Positions 24,801 to 37,691 of a stretch of DNA of 64,000 nt are shown here, one piece after another (the stretch's first letter is position 1; each line of letters opens with the position of its first letter). A program made the translations under genes and the position numbers. The stretch comes from Rhina ancylostomus. Lineage: Eukaryota. The notes beneath the pieces were generated by a model, which had not been told where the DNA came from, searched no databases, and saw only the letters and a list, made by a program, of their open reading frames with translations. The stretch spans positions 27,244,397 to 27,308,396 of the forward strand of contig JARFYF010000036.1 in the NCBI GenBank assembly GCA_030265395.1, read 5' to 3'.

Positions 24801-26519
24801 TGTGGTAAACCTTGAATTGTTATCTGCTGTGTATCATACTGCTGTTCATCAGAGTCTGTTGCTGCACATTCCATCTGCAAAGCACATTAGGACATCCTGC
24901 GATTTCCTTTTGCCCTGTTAATTAACTTTAGACGAAAGATGATATGAGGAATCCTTTTCAGTAATATTACCATTCTGTTTAGAGAATTCAACAATCTGAG
25001 AAGAGTTCTAATCGACTAGAGCTCTTTTGATGTTAATGATCCAGGCCTTGCTGATTGTGACTCACTGCGCATCCTCGTAGTTTGTATTCCCCACTCTCTC
25101 ACACTAACCTGGTTCACATCATTAGGCCAAAGCTGCTGCCTAAGAGCATCCTAGACCTAACTGGAGATTCTTTGTGTGATGTTAGGGTTTTCTAGGATGT
25201 AATGCAGTCATGTTGTCAGGTCAGAGTAAGCCCTGCCCATAATACTGCTGAGAACAACATTCAAAAACTATTACAAATGAAATAAACAATTAACAATTTC
25301 AAAGAAATTATTACTTGTTTAAAAACTAAAAAAAGATTTAATACACTCTTCAATAATTAAATCGTTACTGCAGACACAAATAATTAATTAACAACAATGT
25401 AATTTACCTTATTCTCACCTTTCTTCCTTGGGAAAGAAGAGTTCATGGATCTGGACCAAATCCTCTCCCAGGATCCAACAGCAGATTCCCCAGCTGGGAA
25501 ATCCTCACCACCAGACACCAGATGGCAGAGTAAAGAGAAAGATTCACCTGCTACAATCTGTCATCAATTTTGACACTTCCTAATTTGGGTACACAGGCGC
25601 TGAAGTCTGAACTTGCAGGCATTTATGGATGTAAATACTGGCAGTTTACTGCAGGATTGCTGGCATTAAACAGTGAGATTTGGCTTGGGAGACTTTCTCC
25701 CAGACAGCCAGTGAAACTTTTGATGGAGGGTTCAAGTTCTGTCCTAAAATGATAATTGGGATTTTACTTTCACACATGCCCACATTTGCCAGTAACATAG
25801 GTAATTTTATGATTATTGCCCTGCAGGAACTGGGCTTGTTAATTTAGATTTTTAAACATGCTTAAATATAGTTATAGTATGATAGTGTTTATATTTCTTT
25901 AAGAATTTTAAGTTTTTTCCTTTTAATAATATTTTAAAATTCCTGTGAATATTAGGTTTTCAAAGTCTTGTGAATATTCTTCAATATTTAGGAAACATTC
26001 AGACATCTTTGCAAGATACAAATCTTTGACAGTTCTGGTTAAGTCTGGAAGTGTGAATTAGCTGTGCCAATTTTTTCTTCAATTAGTGAGAGGGACTAAT
26101 TTTATGGATGGTGCCCTTAGGCACTTACTCGCTATAGAGAATCCTCCCAGTGTTTTCACATTTACGCTGGGAAGATTACAATGAATTTTTTTTAACTGGA
26201 GTCAGCTCACTGATCAGCACTCACAGCAAAGTTTGGAGGCAATATTCCAAAATATTTCTTTACCGTCCCTAGATGGTAAAGAAATTTACACATTATTTCC
26301 TGTCAATCAAAGCAGAAGAAATAATTAATGCTGGTGGGAAAGCATTTAGCCTAGAAATAGCTCAGTACTCGTTTACCAGAGTTAAAATGTTACTAGTAAT
26401 CTCAATAATGGTTTTTGAAAACCTCTACGAAAACTGCAAAATTCATTGCAGCCCATTTTAAAACTGTGCTGTTGGGCTTTCATGTGTAACAGCAGTCTGA
26501 GGAACAATGGGATACTAGT

Positions 26520-26765
26520 CAAACCCTAATCATGACAGTTTAGCAACACTATAACCACTTTGACCACTTTGCACTAAAATGGACTTTGTTTTTTTTTGTT
26601 CTAATAGTGTTTTCTTGTAAAAATTGTATATAATTTATGTTTGTTTTTCTTGTGAATGCTCCTTATATAATGTGATGCGCCTGGGATGCTGCTGCAAGTT
26701 GTTTTTCATAGCACCATTGCATACATGTACTCGTTCATGTCAATATACTCAACTTTGACTTTGAC
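26520..26765 (+). mobile_element. LINE 3' UTR/tail fragment with (ACTTTG)n end
   Basis: Ends ctcaactttgactttgac after gatgctgctgcaagt...; a typical non-LTR tail structure. Confidence 0.5.
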
Positions 26766-28183
26766 ATTTTTTCTGTTTTGATCACGTATCCTCACAGCTC
26801 TGACTTTAGGAAGTGGCCCTTAAGTGTCACACCAGACCACAAGTCGAACTCTTCCAGTTCCTGGGGAGTGTTGGCAAGGAATTGAAAATTCCATAGGAAT
26901 TGGTCAAGTCCTCCCAACAGAGCACAAGAATCTGCACAGACTGCTGAAGAACAGCGCTTACAGAAGGCAGCACCTTTGAGAAAGGACACTACTGACAGGA
27001 AGATGCCAGGGGGATTCCCATAAGGGCCTGAGTACCTTCTGTGAATGCCTGCACTTTGAGGAGTCTGACAATCTAGCCTTAAGTTTTACCAGCTCTGAAT
27101 ACTAAAGGTGCATTAACCAAATATCAAAGGTTCCCCACTATGATGGGTAAGCTCTTTTTGACTGCGAGCAGCAGATAGTCACATTGGCATATATCATAAG
27201 AGGCTGCCTCGAAGGGTCATGAGGTCAAGTTTCTGCGAGTNNNNNNNNNNNNNNNNNNNNNNNNNNNNNNNNNNNNNNNNNNNNNNNNNNNNNNNNNNNN
27301 NNNNNNNNNNNNNNNNNNNNNNNNNNNNNNNNNNNNNNNNGTGAGGGTGCTTTGAATTCAACAGCAGTGTAGACACTTGTGTGAGCTTGTACTGGAGATT
27401 TTCTGAGGTCACACATGTGAGTGATGACTATCTGGTGGAAAAATCATACAGCGATTGGTCTGCGAGAAGTGTTCATAAGAGGCTGCCTGTTAAGTCTAGG
27501 GGGCACCCCTTATGTTAGATATCTTTCTCATGCTTCTTTACTCATTTTTCATTGGATGAACCACTGTTCTATTTGCAGAGTTTCTTCTGGCATTTTTGGC
27601 CATTGACTTTGAGGGGGAAACTCTTGAAACCGCCTGGTAATTTGGCGACTGGGAATCCACTTGGTGTCAGAATACTTGAAGTTTGCTTTACAGAATTTCG
27701 TGGCACTCTCCCTTTAATTGCAGGAGAGATATGTCTGACTTTTAAGTAGCATTGCAGTAGAGCCATCAGCATTAAAAGCTTGTGAGGAATGAGTTACTCG
27801 GACCAATGTGGTCAAAAATCTTGAATACTAAGCTTTGCACCATTGTGGACAAGATTTGGGTGAGTTAGAAGCCAGAAATATAGTGCAAGGAAAGAGGACT
27901 CTTGCACCAAAACAAAACATATGATACAGATGACTAGTCTTAACTTTCTTAGAAATGAATGCAAAGTTGATTAATGCCTTTGAACTCGAGGCCTTTGTGT
28001 TCCATTTAAATACTGTGAAGAATCTCCTTGGAATGGAGAAGTCAGAGCCTGTCTATTGCAGACATATTGTCTATGGCTTTTTGCAAAGTCTTTAGCTCAT
28101 ACTGTATATCCATGTCACATGAAAGCATACTGCTTGAGAGAAAATTTGTCTGCATAAAATAATCAAAAGACTTATATCACAGC

Positions 28184-28520
28184 GTGCAGCACAGTGGCAT
28201 AGCTGGTAAAGCTCTTTCTCACAGCTGCAGTGACTTGGGTTCAATTCTGAACTCTGGAGCTGTCTAAGTCAGTTTACATCTTCTCCCTGTGATTGCGTGG
28301 GTTTCTGCTGGTGCTTTGGATTCCTCCTGCATCCCTCAGATCTGTGGGTAGACAGGTTAACTAGCCACCCTAAATTGCCCCCATGTTGGTGAGTGGTAGA
28401 GTCTGGGGGTAGTTGATGAGAGTGTAGGGTCTCAGGGAAAACTGGTGAGGGAATAGAATTGTTCTGTGAGCTGGCATTAATCTGATGGCTGGATGGCCTC
28501 CTCATATGGTAAATAAATAT
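28184..28520 (+). mobile_element. V-SINE (HE1-like) tRNA-derived SINE, near full length
   Basis: A-box tggcatagctgg, B-box ggttcaattc, V-domain ttctccctgtgattgcgtgggtttc..., CR1-like tail gatggcctcct. Confidence 0.8.
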
Positions 28521-29199
28521 GGAAATCAAGGAAATTGAAAAGAATGACAATAACAAATGTTTTGTCACTATTATTTCAAAAATAGTTGAATATATTAATG
28601 GACATTTAGCATAAGCTAGGAATAGTTATTTATCAGTTGATTTATTTTGCTCTAGTATAAATTTACAGCTTGTATTTACAGCAATTTATTTGCTAAATAT
28701 ATAGGAGCAATTAGAAGGATAGGATGGGATTCAGAATGAATCTTGAGAACAGGGTTACCATCAATTCTGTGGCAAGCTTTCTTTCAGTTTACAGGAAATA
28801 TGGAGACCACCTTTCTGTTACAATCATGAACAGCATTGGATGAAATCAGAATTATAGCACCATGAAAATAAATTCTTTTGTGCAATACATAAACACAAAC
28901 TGCAGATCCATCTCTTAAACATAGCTCAGTTAATAAGAATGGGCAGATAATCTCCCAATAACCTGGTAAATATCCATTTAATTTCATAAGTGAAATTGTT
29001 AATTGTTTCTTTCCCTTTATAAATTACAGTGAACAGGCCTCTAACCATCAGATGCAATTACTTTTCCCTCTTGTTGGCTGTACTCTGCCTGAAATCCTAT
29101 TTTCAGCAAATCAATATTACTATAGCACCCAGCACGTCTGGATCATGGTAATCTATTGAAAGTGCATCTTTTGTTCAATCTTAGAACTTGCTGAATGGG

Positions 29200-30530
29200 G
29201 AGGGGATAACAGGCAAATGGAACCAGGTGGGGGAGTAGGTTGGCTCAGAGGCCAGTGATAGGTGAAGCCGGATGGGGAAGGGATGCTCTTCCCTGTCTGG
29301 CTCTCTGCTGCCCTGCCCCAGGCCCCTGATGCTCAATAGGGGCCTTTGTTCTCTCCCGTCCAACTGATTTCCCCTCACTCCAATCTCCTTCCTGAGACCT
29401 CTCTTCCCTCTCCCTCCTCTGACCCCATGCCTCACCCTAGCTCCAATCTCTGTCACGTCTTTACCATGACTCCTGACCTCCCTATCTCCAACACATGAGC
29501 ACTCAGTCCTCAGTCCCCTATGCTTGCACCTCAGTGAGTTCTGAGCCCAACACAATGTTGAGCTATTCTTCCATGGCCTCTCGGCCTATTTCTTCAGCCA
29601 GGAATCCCCACTACCCCCTCCCCCAATTGACGACTCTTCATCATGTCTCCAGCAGTCTCCTTCCACTTGGATTCCCCCTTCTGGCCTCTTACCCTCTCTT
29701 GATCTTTTCATTTCCAATTGCCAAAGTGGAATTGATGACCTTGACTTTTCCAGTCTCCTCATGTACTCCAAACTTACCCTTCCGAACGTGCTGCACTCAG
29801 CTCACTTCAGACCAGTCCCAACACTGTCATCAAACCTGCGGACAAGGAGGACTGCCTTTGTGGTCTGAGACACTGACTTCTAGAGGCCAGGCTCTAAGCT
29901 TTCTGACAGCTCCTCCTAACTCTCTCTCATCGATGTCCCCACTGACGAGCACTAGGGCACCGTATCCTGGACCAATACAGATCTCATCACATCAAGAGAT
30001 CTCCACTGCCTCCCACCTCAGAATGCCTCAACCCTTTTTTGTGAAGCACTTGTGCTCTGTCCATAACAGCCAGCTTGAACTGGTTGTGTGTTATTTTAAC
30101 TCTTCTTCCCTCTCCCACACTGACCTGTCTGTCCTCGGCCTTCTCCATTGCTATGGAGAGGCCAAGTGTAAATTGGAAGAGCAACATTTCATACTCTACA
30201 ACCTAATGGCATGAACATTGAATTTTCAAATTTCACGTAACTCCCCAGTACTCTCTCCTCATCCACACTCACCTGTCTACCTAGTTTTCTTCTCTGTTTA
30301 TCCCTCTCATCCCCTCCCTTCACCTGTTTCCAACTGCCCATCATCCCTTCCCCACCTGGCTCCACCTACCAGAGTCTATCCCTGCTCCCTTGGTACTGCT
30401 GTATACTGGCAACCTTTCCTCTTCCCTCTCTGTCCTGATCAGTATCTCGACCTAAAAAGTCAACTTAAACCTTTTGCCTCCACAGATGTTGATTGATCTG
30501 CTGAGTTCTTTCAGCATTCTGCTTTTGTTC
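29200..30530 (+). mobile_element. Penelope-like element, internally deleted, with an inverted 5' segment
   Basis: TVIKPADK (~29823-29846) and HTDLSVLGLLHCYGEAKCKLEEQHFI (~30116-30193, GIY-YIG C-terminus); 29255-29285 is an inverted copy of 30341-30372; ends in a degenerate hammerhead and tail at ~30430-30530. Confidence 0.8.
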
Positions 30531-31229
30531 TAATTTATTTGCAGGTTCTGCTATTTTAGTCTTCAGGTTATAAGATCTGAATTTGACCAAAATAATTTAT
30601 AATTTGAATTATCGTTAAATGGGGTTATTATCCAAATTTCCTGTAGGAAAGGAAACCTTCTCCAAGCACTGACAGACTGGTAGGCTGAAAGGTGAAGGAT
30701 CATAAACCTTATATAATTTCTGGATTTATTGAACATACCTGATAAAGAGAAATTAAAGGAAAAATCAACACCTTTTCACAAGACATTTATGACAGATGTA
30801 AATGCATTTGAAATCAAACTGAAATATTGGTTACAAATATGCCATCAGAAAATGTTGCTATTTACTTTATCAACTCTTTGTTGAAGCTGAACGTGCTACA
30901 GAATGATTAGATCACAATCAAACGTGGATGAGGAAGGCCATTGATTTCATCTTAGTTCATGTCCCCAGGATAAATCTTACCATCTGCCTCTCTACAATAA
31001 CCAATTTTTTCTTAATTAAACCAAGATTCATCACTACCTTAGGCAGGCTGTACATCCCAAATGCTAATCACTAATGACATAGTATTTGACTTATTCCATC
31101 TGTAAGTCAGAATTTGTGAAACATTGTGTTGAAAGACAGCAATTGCTTATCACCTTCAAGATTTCATTCCATATTTTGGTCTCTACTGTATTTTACACAG
31201 TATTCAAACTGGTACAGGAAGATATCACA

Positions 31230-33947
31230 GTTGCATCACATATTCCATTTATTTTATAATACAGGTGGCTCACAGCCCATTTTACAAACATTTCCTTACA
31301 ACATATAAGAATAAATTAATCAAATGGCATTGTAGTTGTAAAAAGGTCACATTACTTTTATGTACTGTCAAAAATATACTTCATATATTATTTGACTTAA
31401 CATAACTTACCACAATTTATAAAGGTGGAAAAGTAACCTACCACAGAATATTTCACAATGAAGGTATTCAAACATGCTTTCAACTACCAAACACAGAAAC
31501 TGATCTTAAAAGGGAACAACAAACACTGGTGTGCACAGGAGGAGAAACATACTGATATGAATATTTTCTTGCTGTACATTGGTTTAAATTTCTGATTATA
31601 CATAGTTAGTATTTAAATTGGGGAGACCACGGTGAATAATCTAACATGGTTTATGCTGAAATGGGGGGACACAGTGCTGCAAAAAGCACAGTAAAAATAC
31701 AATGCTTGAGTTAGATTGTATCTCAATATTACAGCATAAAGCCTGCTAGATTGTTTATAACAGTCATTGATTTATGGTTCAGTATGGAGTAAATTGTATC
31801 TAACGGTTGGCTATCCAGAATAGTTTTTTTTACAGTAAAGCCACACCACATTTTTGTTTTTGCATCTTTCATGAGTTATATCCAGGAATATTGCTTTGTT
31901 CTTTTGCAATCAAATTATATGATTTGTAACTCATTCTTCAATGTCAAGGCCCATACAAGGAATTACTAACCCCAACCAGCCAACTGCTGCTAAGATTTGA
32001 TGCAACCATATATCAATAATGCCACAAACTTTGCAAAGGTTTAACATTGCAGCACAGGGTTGATCTTGGAGTTTAAAGCAAACAGTTTAATGTTGTGCAA
32101 TGGAGGTTAGGCCTATTGTGCTTGACAGGTTGATGAATACTTTGCACGCTTGGGGACTGATATTTCAAGATTTGTGCAATGTCATGTATTTTCTTTACGT
32201 AAAGCCAAAGGGGGATAAAATATTTTTATGCTCAACAAAATTGTGTAAATGATCCATAACTCGTGCAATATAAGACAAACTGTAAAGAAAAGTACCAGAC
32301 AAACTAAAGTGTTTTACATATATTCTTCAGTCATTGAAGAAGCATACTAAGCTGCAACCAAACAACCTGATAGGAGGTAGAATTTTAAGGTCCTTGTAAA
32401 GCTTAAGGACTTTGTATAACTCAAATTTTACTCTCTTATAAATATGTATTTATGGAGTTCATATTATCTACAAGAATTGCACTGTAAGTTGATTAACAGT
32501 TTATAAAGTTTAGTAAAAGTATAAGAATGATGCTTTGACAAGACCTCAGTAAAAACTGACAAGAGATGTATTTAGTTTATACTACAATTTTGCTTTCTGC
32601 CAGTAACAATGAGCTGAATAAATTTGACCAAATCACACCCAAAATACAGCAAATCACCTTTACAAGGCTCTCAGGTACTGCAATCTTCTGATACGGTGCA
32701 CCTTATTGATGACTGCATCAATTAAAGAGAACATGCATGAAACACCCAGATGCTTAATCTTCTCTACATTATTATTAATGCACTGATTAATCTATTGATG
32801 TTAAATTTCCATCCAGGCTATAAAATGCAGAAGTTCTAACCTGTTTAATTCCATTGCAGATTAATGACACTGTTAGAATAGTAGACAAATTAGTGGTAAT
32901 GTATTAATCAGAGAAGTGAAAACAGTGCCCTGGATGAATCCATTTCACTTGGAATAAACATAGAACACGGCTGGAAATACATAGAGTTCAATGAGCAAAA
33001 TTTAAAAATAATTGGTTCACGCTTTTGATTAAAATAGAACTCAAAATCCTGATTAAGGATCACATCAGAAAAATCAACTCTTTCTTTCCCCTTTAGGTGT
33101 TATACATTTTTATTTCTGATTTCCAGCTTTCACACAATATAGCTTTTAATTTCATATATAAATCACCTGCTCTCTAATGCACCCATTCTCATTTATAGTA
33201 GCTCCTTTAACAGCTTTGACAATATCTACTGAACTTATAAATTCCACTGAATAAAGCATAGAATGTTACAATGAATGGTATACCTTCAACTGCCTCAGTC
33301 ATATGGGATCAGAAAATGGCTTACTTTGTTTAAAGGTCAGCTGCCTGAAGAGTAGTTGAAAGTTGCTTGAAGGTTAGATTGATATTTTAAAGCCTTATTC
33401 TCACAAAATAATTGGTGACCCCAAACTGTACCTTTTTAATGGAAGCTGCTGCTATTGGAAACATCAAAATTAACATAACAACGTCTAACAGGAATATTAT
33501 TGCCCAGTTTTACTTAGCAATTCTGATACCAATTATTAGAAAACGCTAAATAAAACTAAGCCAATAGATCATAGTTAGCATTTACTAATACTTTCATTTA
33601 AACAATTTTAACACCATGGAATGGAATATACAAGGACCATCAACAAAATGAACAGCTGGCAAATTCTCTATCTCAACCAATTAACATCAATTGACTTGTG
33701 GCAAAAGTAGAACTCCCATAAAATGTAGAATAGTCCAATAAGTCCTTCAGCTAGTCGTTGTAGACACTGGAAGTGATTGGCACTGGATTGCTGCTTGCTT
33801 TCTTTCCTGGATTCACCAAGATGGATGAAAGCACAAATCTGTACAAAGGTCTTCTGGATGCACGCTTTGCTTTTACATAAGTCAGAAACTGTTTCTTTGA
33901 CAAAAATGTCACTGCATTACTATAATAATTCTTCTCTTCATTAAAGT
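31230..33947 (-). other. PTPRT: Probable PTPRT 3' UTR (~2.7 kb, no recognisable repeats)
   Basis: Follows the stop codon; AT-rich and free of recognisable TEs, unlike the flanks. The 3' end is inferred from the candidate poly(A) signal. Confidence 0.6.
31248..31253 (-). promoter_or_regulatory. Candidate polyadenylation signal AATAAA
   Basis: On the minus strand: several upstream UGUA elements (gttgtaagg, tttgtaaaa, cctgtatta), then AATAAA, then a CA and GU-rich sequence. Other AATAAA at 30725-30730 and 33108-33113. Confidence 0.5.
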
Positions 33948-34001
33948 TCAAAATGAACTCAAATATTCCAGTGCCACATCATAGCAGAATTTGTATTGCT
34001 C
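33948..34001 (-). CDS. PTPRT: PTPRT terminal coding exon (EQYKFCYDVALEYLSSF*)
   Basis: Acceptor ccttctag|; 17 codons then TGA at 33950-33948. Confidence 0.95.
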   Translation of the reverse strand, partial: EQYKFCYDVALEYLSSF

Positions 34002-34129
34002 CTAGAAGGGATAAAGGAACATTCCCCATAAATCATGTGATTTTCATTATGACTGATGGTTCTTTCTATGAATGTGCAAACACAACTAAAGACAATAGAT
34101 TAGGAGGAAAAATCCCCAGTGGCAAGAAT

Positions 34130-35035
34130 CACACCTGGATTCAAGGATGACCGTTGTGATTGCTGAATGTCAATGATCTTAGCTCCAGAACATTTATCCA
34201 GAAAATACTTGGGCAGTAGGTCCTCAACCCAACTACCTCCATCAAGTTTCCTCTCATCATATGTTTAGAAGTGGAATTATTTGCTGATCACCTCCATTTG
34301 TTATTCTTCAAAGAATAAAGATATATCTGCCCACATCTAACAAGAACTGGGCAGTCCCCATTTAACAAGACCTGGGCAATATTCAAGACTGAGCTGTTCA
34401 GTGGCAAGTGACATTCATGTTATACAAATATCAGGTAATGAGAAAGTCCAAAAAGAAAATTGTTAATGACCTTCCCAAGATATAAAATGATTTTACTATT
34501 GCCTACTTCTCCATCATCAATATCCCATTGAATCAACAGAGTCCAGAGACTGATCAGGACCGGACATGCAAATGCTGTGGCTACTACAAATGGGCAGTGT
34601 TAGTGACTCCTGAAACCAAACCACTAAAAGACTTTCCCATATTTACAAGATAAGATGGATGGTGGAGCTGCAGTAATGCTCAAGAAGCTCAATACCATCC
34701 AGCACAGAGCAGCCCCTTTATTGGAGTGCAATCTATTAGTTTAAGCATCCACTCTCTCCATCACCAATGAAGTATGGATGCTTAATGTACAATCTAAAGG
34801 ACGTATTGCAGCAAGCCACCCTTGCTTCTACAACACTTCTTCCGAAGTTCATATAGTTCTAAGGACAAGAGTGGTTGGTGCAAGCCAACTCCTCAGTCAT
34901 ATAAAATTCTGACATAGAGACACAGACTGCAGTGGTCCAAGATAGTGGCTAAACACCACCTTTGTAAGGCCAAAGAGAGAAGAGTGATTAATGATAGCCT
35001 CATAGTGATACCTACATAGTAAGAATGAATATTAA
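34130..35035 (+). mobile_element. Degenerate LINE (CR1/L2 group) in the last PTPRT intron
   Basis: ttatttgctgat (LFAD), caagacctgggcaatattcaa, and aagaagctcaataccatccagcacagagcagcc (KKLNTIQHRAA). Confidence 0.6.
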
Positions 35036-35292
35036 TAAAATCTGTTTATTCCATTTGGTTTATTGAAACAAGTAGAATAGAAATTACTGCAGTTCTTAGT
35101 AGCAATCAATGCTTAAAGTACTATTTTAGCAAAAGGGTTATTCAGTTTAACAGGTTAATGCATGGCCACTAGACCATCATAAAAGAGGGCTAACCTTTCA
35201 TTATCTAATAGCATTACTCCTACTTTCAAGACTAAAACTTTGAGGGAACCCCAAATGCATTATTACAGCATACTGAGAGTATTCAGTCTTAC

Positions 35293-35428
35293 CAGTGTGT
35301 CTACCATGTTGGATTTGTTGTTTCGTAGTGTTTTGACTGTGTGAAAAACATCTATTATATTTTGTTGATGAATCATCTCACAGATACTGCGAACGACACA
35401 AAGTGTACCACTGCGCCCACCACCATTA
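35293..35428 (-). CDS. PTPRT: PTPRT exon, D2 P-loop ([46 protein letters not shown]), 136 bp
   Basis: Acceptor ttttcag| and donor |gtaaga; NGGGRSG motif. Confidence 0.95.
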
Positions 35429-36094
35429 CTGAAAAACAAAAGCAAAGGCATTTTTAGCAAGCAGATGTTGATGTTCTCTCTACTATGAACTAAAAACCTA
35501 TAATTGTTTCATTTGTTCACCACATAGAGGCTATACAAGAGTTGGAAATTTTTATGTTTCCTTAACATCCTATACTGGGTAACCACTTGGTGATAAAATT
35601 CATTAGCAGATGTTGAACTGTTGGATACTTTAATATATTGTGGATGATGTTCACATATGAAATGAAAGCTTTCTTGCTCTTTGGGGCTGTGTAAGTCCAA
35701 ATTAAACAGAGATTATGCTATTGTATCCCCAATGTGAGGGTCTGAGCACCCAGGTCAATCAACAAATTCTACTTGAACTTTCAATTTCACATAAGGACTA
35801 CTGTGGTGGCTGGTGGGAGATACAAGGAATTTATGCTGTGTGGAGAATAAGGGAGTTAGTGTTGTTTGAAAAAAATTTCTTTGCACTTTTTTTTACTAAA
35901 TCCTACATCACCCAGTCTGATAACCCTGAACTTGAGGAGTACGATTCTCTCCCTTGCAAAAAAAGTGAGCAATGACGAGCTGAACTTCCACCATGTTGCA
36001 AAATGGAGTGAACAGCAGGTGTAGCAATTGTGTCAAGTGGGATTAGATGAATGATTATACCCATGCAGGAAAGCCAAAAATAGCACCAAGTTAG

Positions 36095-36345
36095 TGGGAG
36101 GGGAGGAAGGGTTGAATGGAGGAAGGAAGGAATGGAGGAACATGTGGTGAGGAGGAGAANNNNNNNNNNNNNNNNNNNNNNNNNNNNNNNNNNNNNNNNN
36201 NNNNNNNNNNNNNNNNNNNNNNNNNNNNNNNNNNNNNNNNNNNNNNNNNNNNNNNNNNNAAGGAATGGAGGAACATGTGTTTAGGAGGAGAAAGGAATAG
36301 AAGGGCCATTGCATAATCATTGAGGTGAGGAGGAGGTAGAGGATA
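36095..36345. repeat. Purine-rich minisatellite spanning a gap
   Basis: aaggaatggaggaacatgtg..aggaggagaa on both sides of the N run (36127-36159, 36260-36292). Confidence 0.7.
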
Positions 36346-36411
36346 TTGAACAGTTAATCAATGGTTAGAGGTATGTTTTACTAATAACAAGTGAACGTTG
36401 TGGATACTCAC

Positions 36412-36575
36412 AAACAGTGCACCACTGTACGGCCATCACCTCCATCGTATTCTTCTTGCCATTTCTCCAAACGTTTGATCAGTTTCAAAAAAGAACGCTT
36501 CGATACTGGGGTGTCTCGGTATGAAGGCCAACCAATAAACTGGAACTGCTGCACAATGCGATATCCATCTTGAGG
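36412..36575 (-). CDS. PTPRT: PTPRT exon, D2 ([54 protein letters not shown]-), 164 bp
   Basis: Acceptor cttccag| and donor |gtgagt; contained in ORF 36408..36626. Confidence 0.96.
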
Positions 36576-36795
36576 CTGGAAGACAATTTGGAGAGAGAAA
36601 AATACAACACATGACTTTATCTGCAATCTAAGATAATTGTTTAAAAATAGTTCAATGAAGGAAAATATACGTATTGAAAATTGAATACACTGCAGTCAGA
36701 AACCAAAACCACAATTTCATTTGATTATATCATAATACATTTAGGCACAGATGAGAAACAAAAAACATTGGAGTCCATTTACATATTGTGGCTCC

Positions 36796-37095
36796 ACTGA
36801 GGTACGGATGAAGTGCTACATTGTCAGAGGGCTTGCCTTTCAGAGGATACATTAACCTGAGACACTGTCCTTTCTCTTAGATGGATCCCTCCTTCAAAGA
36901 GGAGCAGGGGTCTTAAACAATACCTATTTCTCATTCACATTACCGAAAATGGATGGTCTGGTTTCACTCACACATTAGTTTGAAGGAACACGCTCGAAGT
37001 AAATTAGCTCCTGCATTTTCCACATTTCAACAGTGCTGAACTTCATTGTCCATAAAGCACCTTGGGGTAAAAGTCATATAAATGCAAAACTTTTT
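36796..37095 (+). mobile_element. DeuSINE-like SINE
   Basis: gaagtgctacattgtcagagg...gaggagcagggg...aacttcattgtccataaagcaccttggg...tataaatgcaa. Confidence 0.6.
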
Positions 37096-37565
37096 TCTTC
37101 TTTTAGAAATATGCTGTCACATTTCTAAATGTAAACATATTTACCTCAAGCATCAATAAAAACTTTGCTCTCTTCATTGAGAAAGAAGGAACTGGGAAAT
37201 ACTGTATTATGTTCCCGATCTGAGCCCTCGCATTATAATGCTTCACAATGGAGCTAAGCAAAATTTACTCTTCAAAATAACTAATCAGTTTTCAGCAACA
37301 CCATGAACTAAGGATAAAATCTTTGAGAATATTCTCTTAGAACAGTGAAGAGCAAGGAACATATTTATTTTACCATCATTCTAATAATGTGAACATCATT
37401 AAAAATTGAATAGTAAGAGTTCTCAGAAGATTTACTTTGCAACACAATGCTCTTTCAAGATAAAATAATTGCTATATTTTAGTGTCTGACTGAGTAAAAA
37501 AGAGTCTCATTTGTATGAATGCTTGTAATGAATCGACATTAGAACTCTTGAGATTTGAGTCTTAC

Positions 37566-37691
37566 TCGTGCCATGTTGTAGATTCGAAAGACGCGGACAA
37601 TGATATCCTCTTCAAAGTCTGCTGAGATGAATTCCACTTGAATAGGACCATAGCAACACAGACTTTTCTCTGGCCAGTACTGAATACAGAG
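37566..37691 (-). CDS. PTPRT: PTPRT exon, D2 ([42 protein letters not shown]), 126 bp
   Basis: Acceptor ttaacag| and donor |gtaaga; QYWPE motif. Confidence 0.95.

Noticed and set aside
28184-28260. tRNA gene
   Set aside because: A and B boxes are present but the sequence continues into a SINE V-domain and LINE tail, with no intact cloverleaf.
29495-30214. 239-aa ORF as a host gene
   Set aside because: Lies inside a decayed Penelope-like element; only its C-terminal part is in the original frame.
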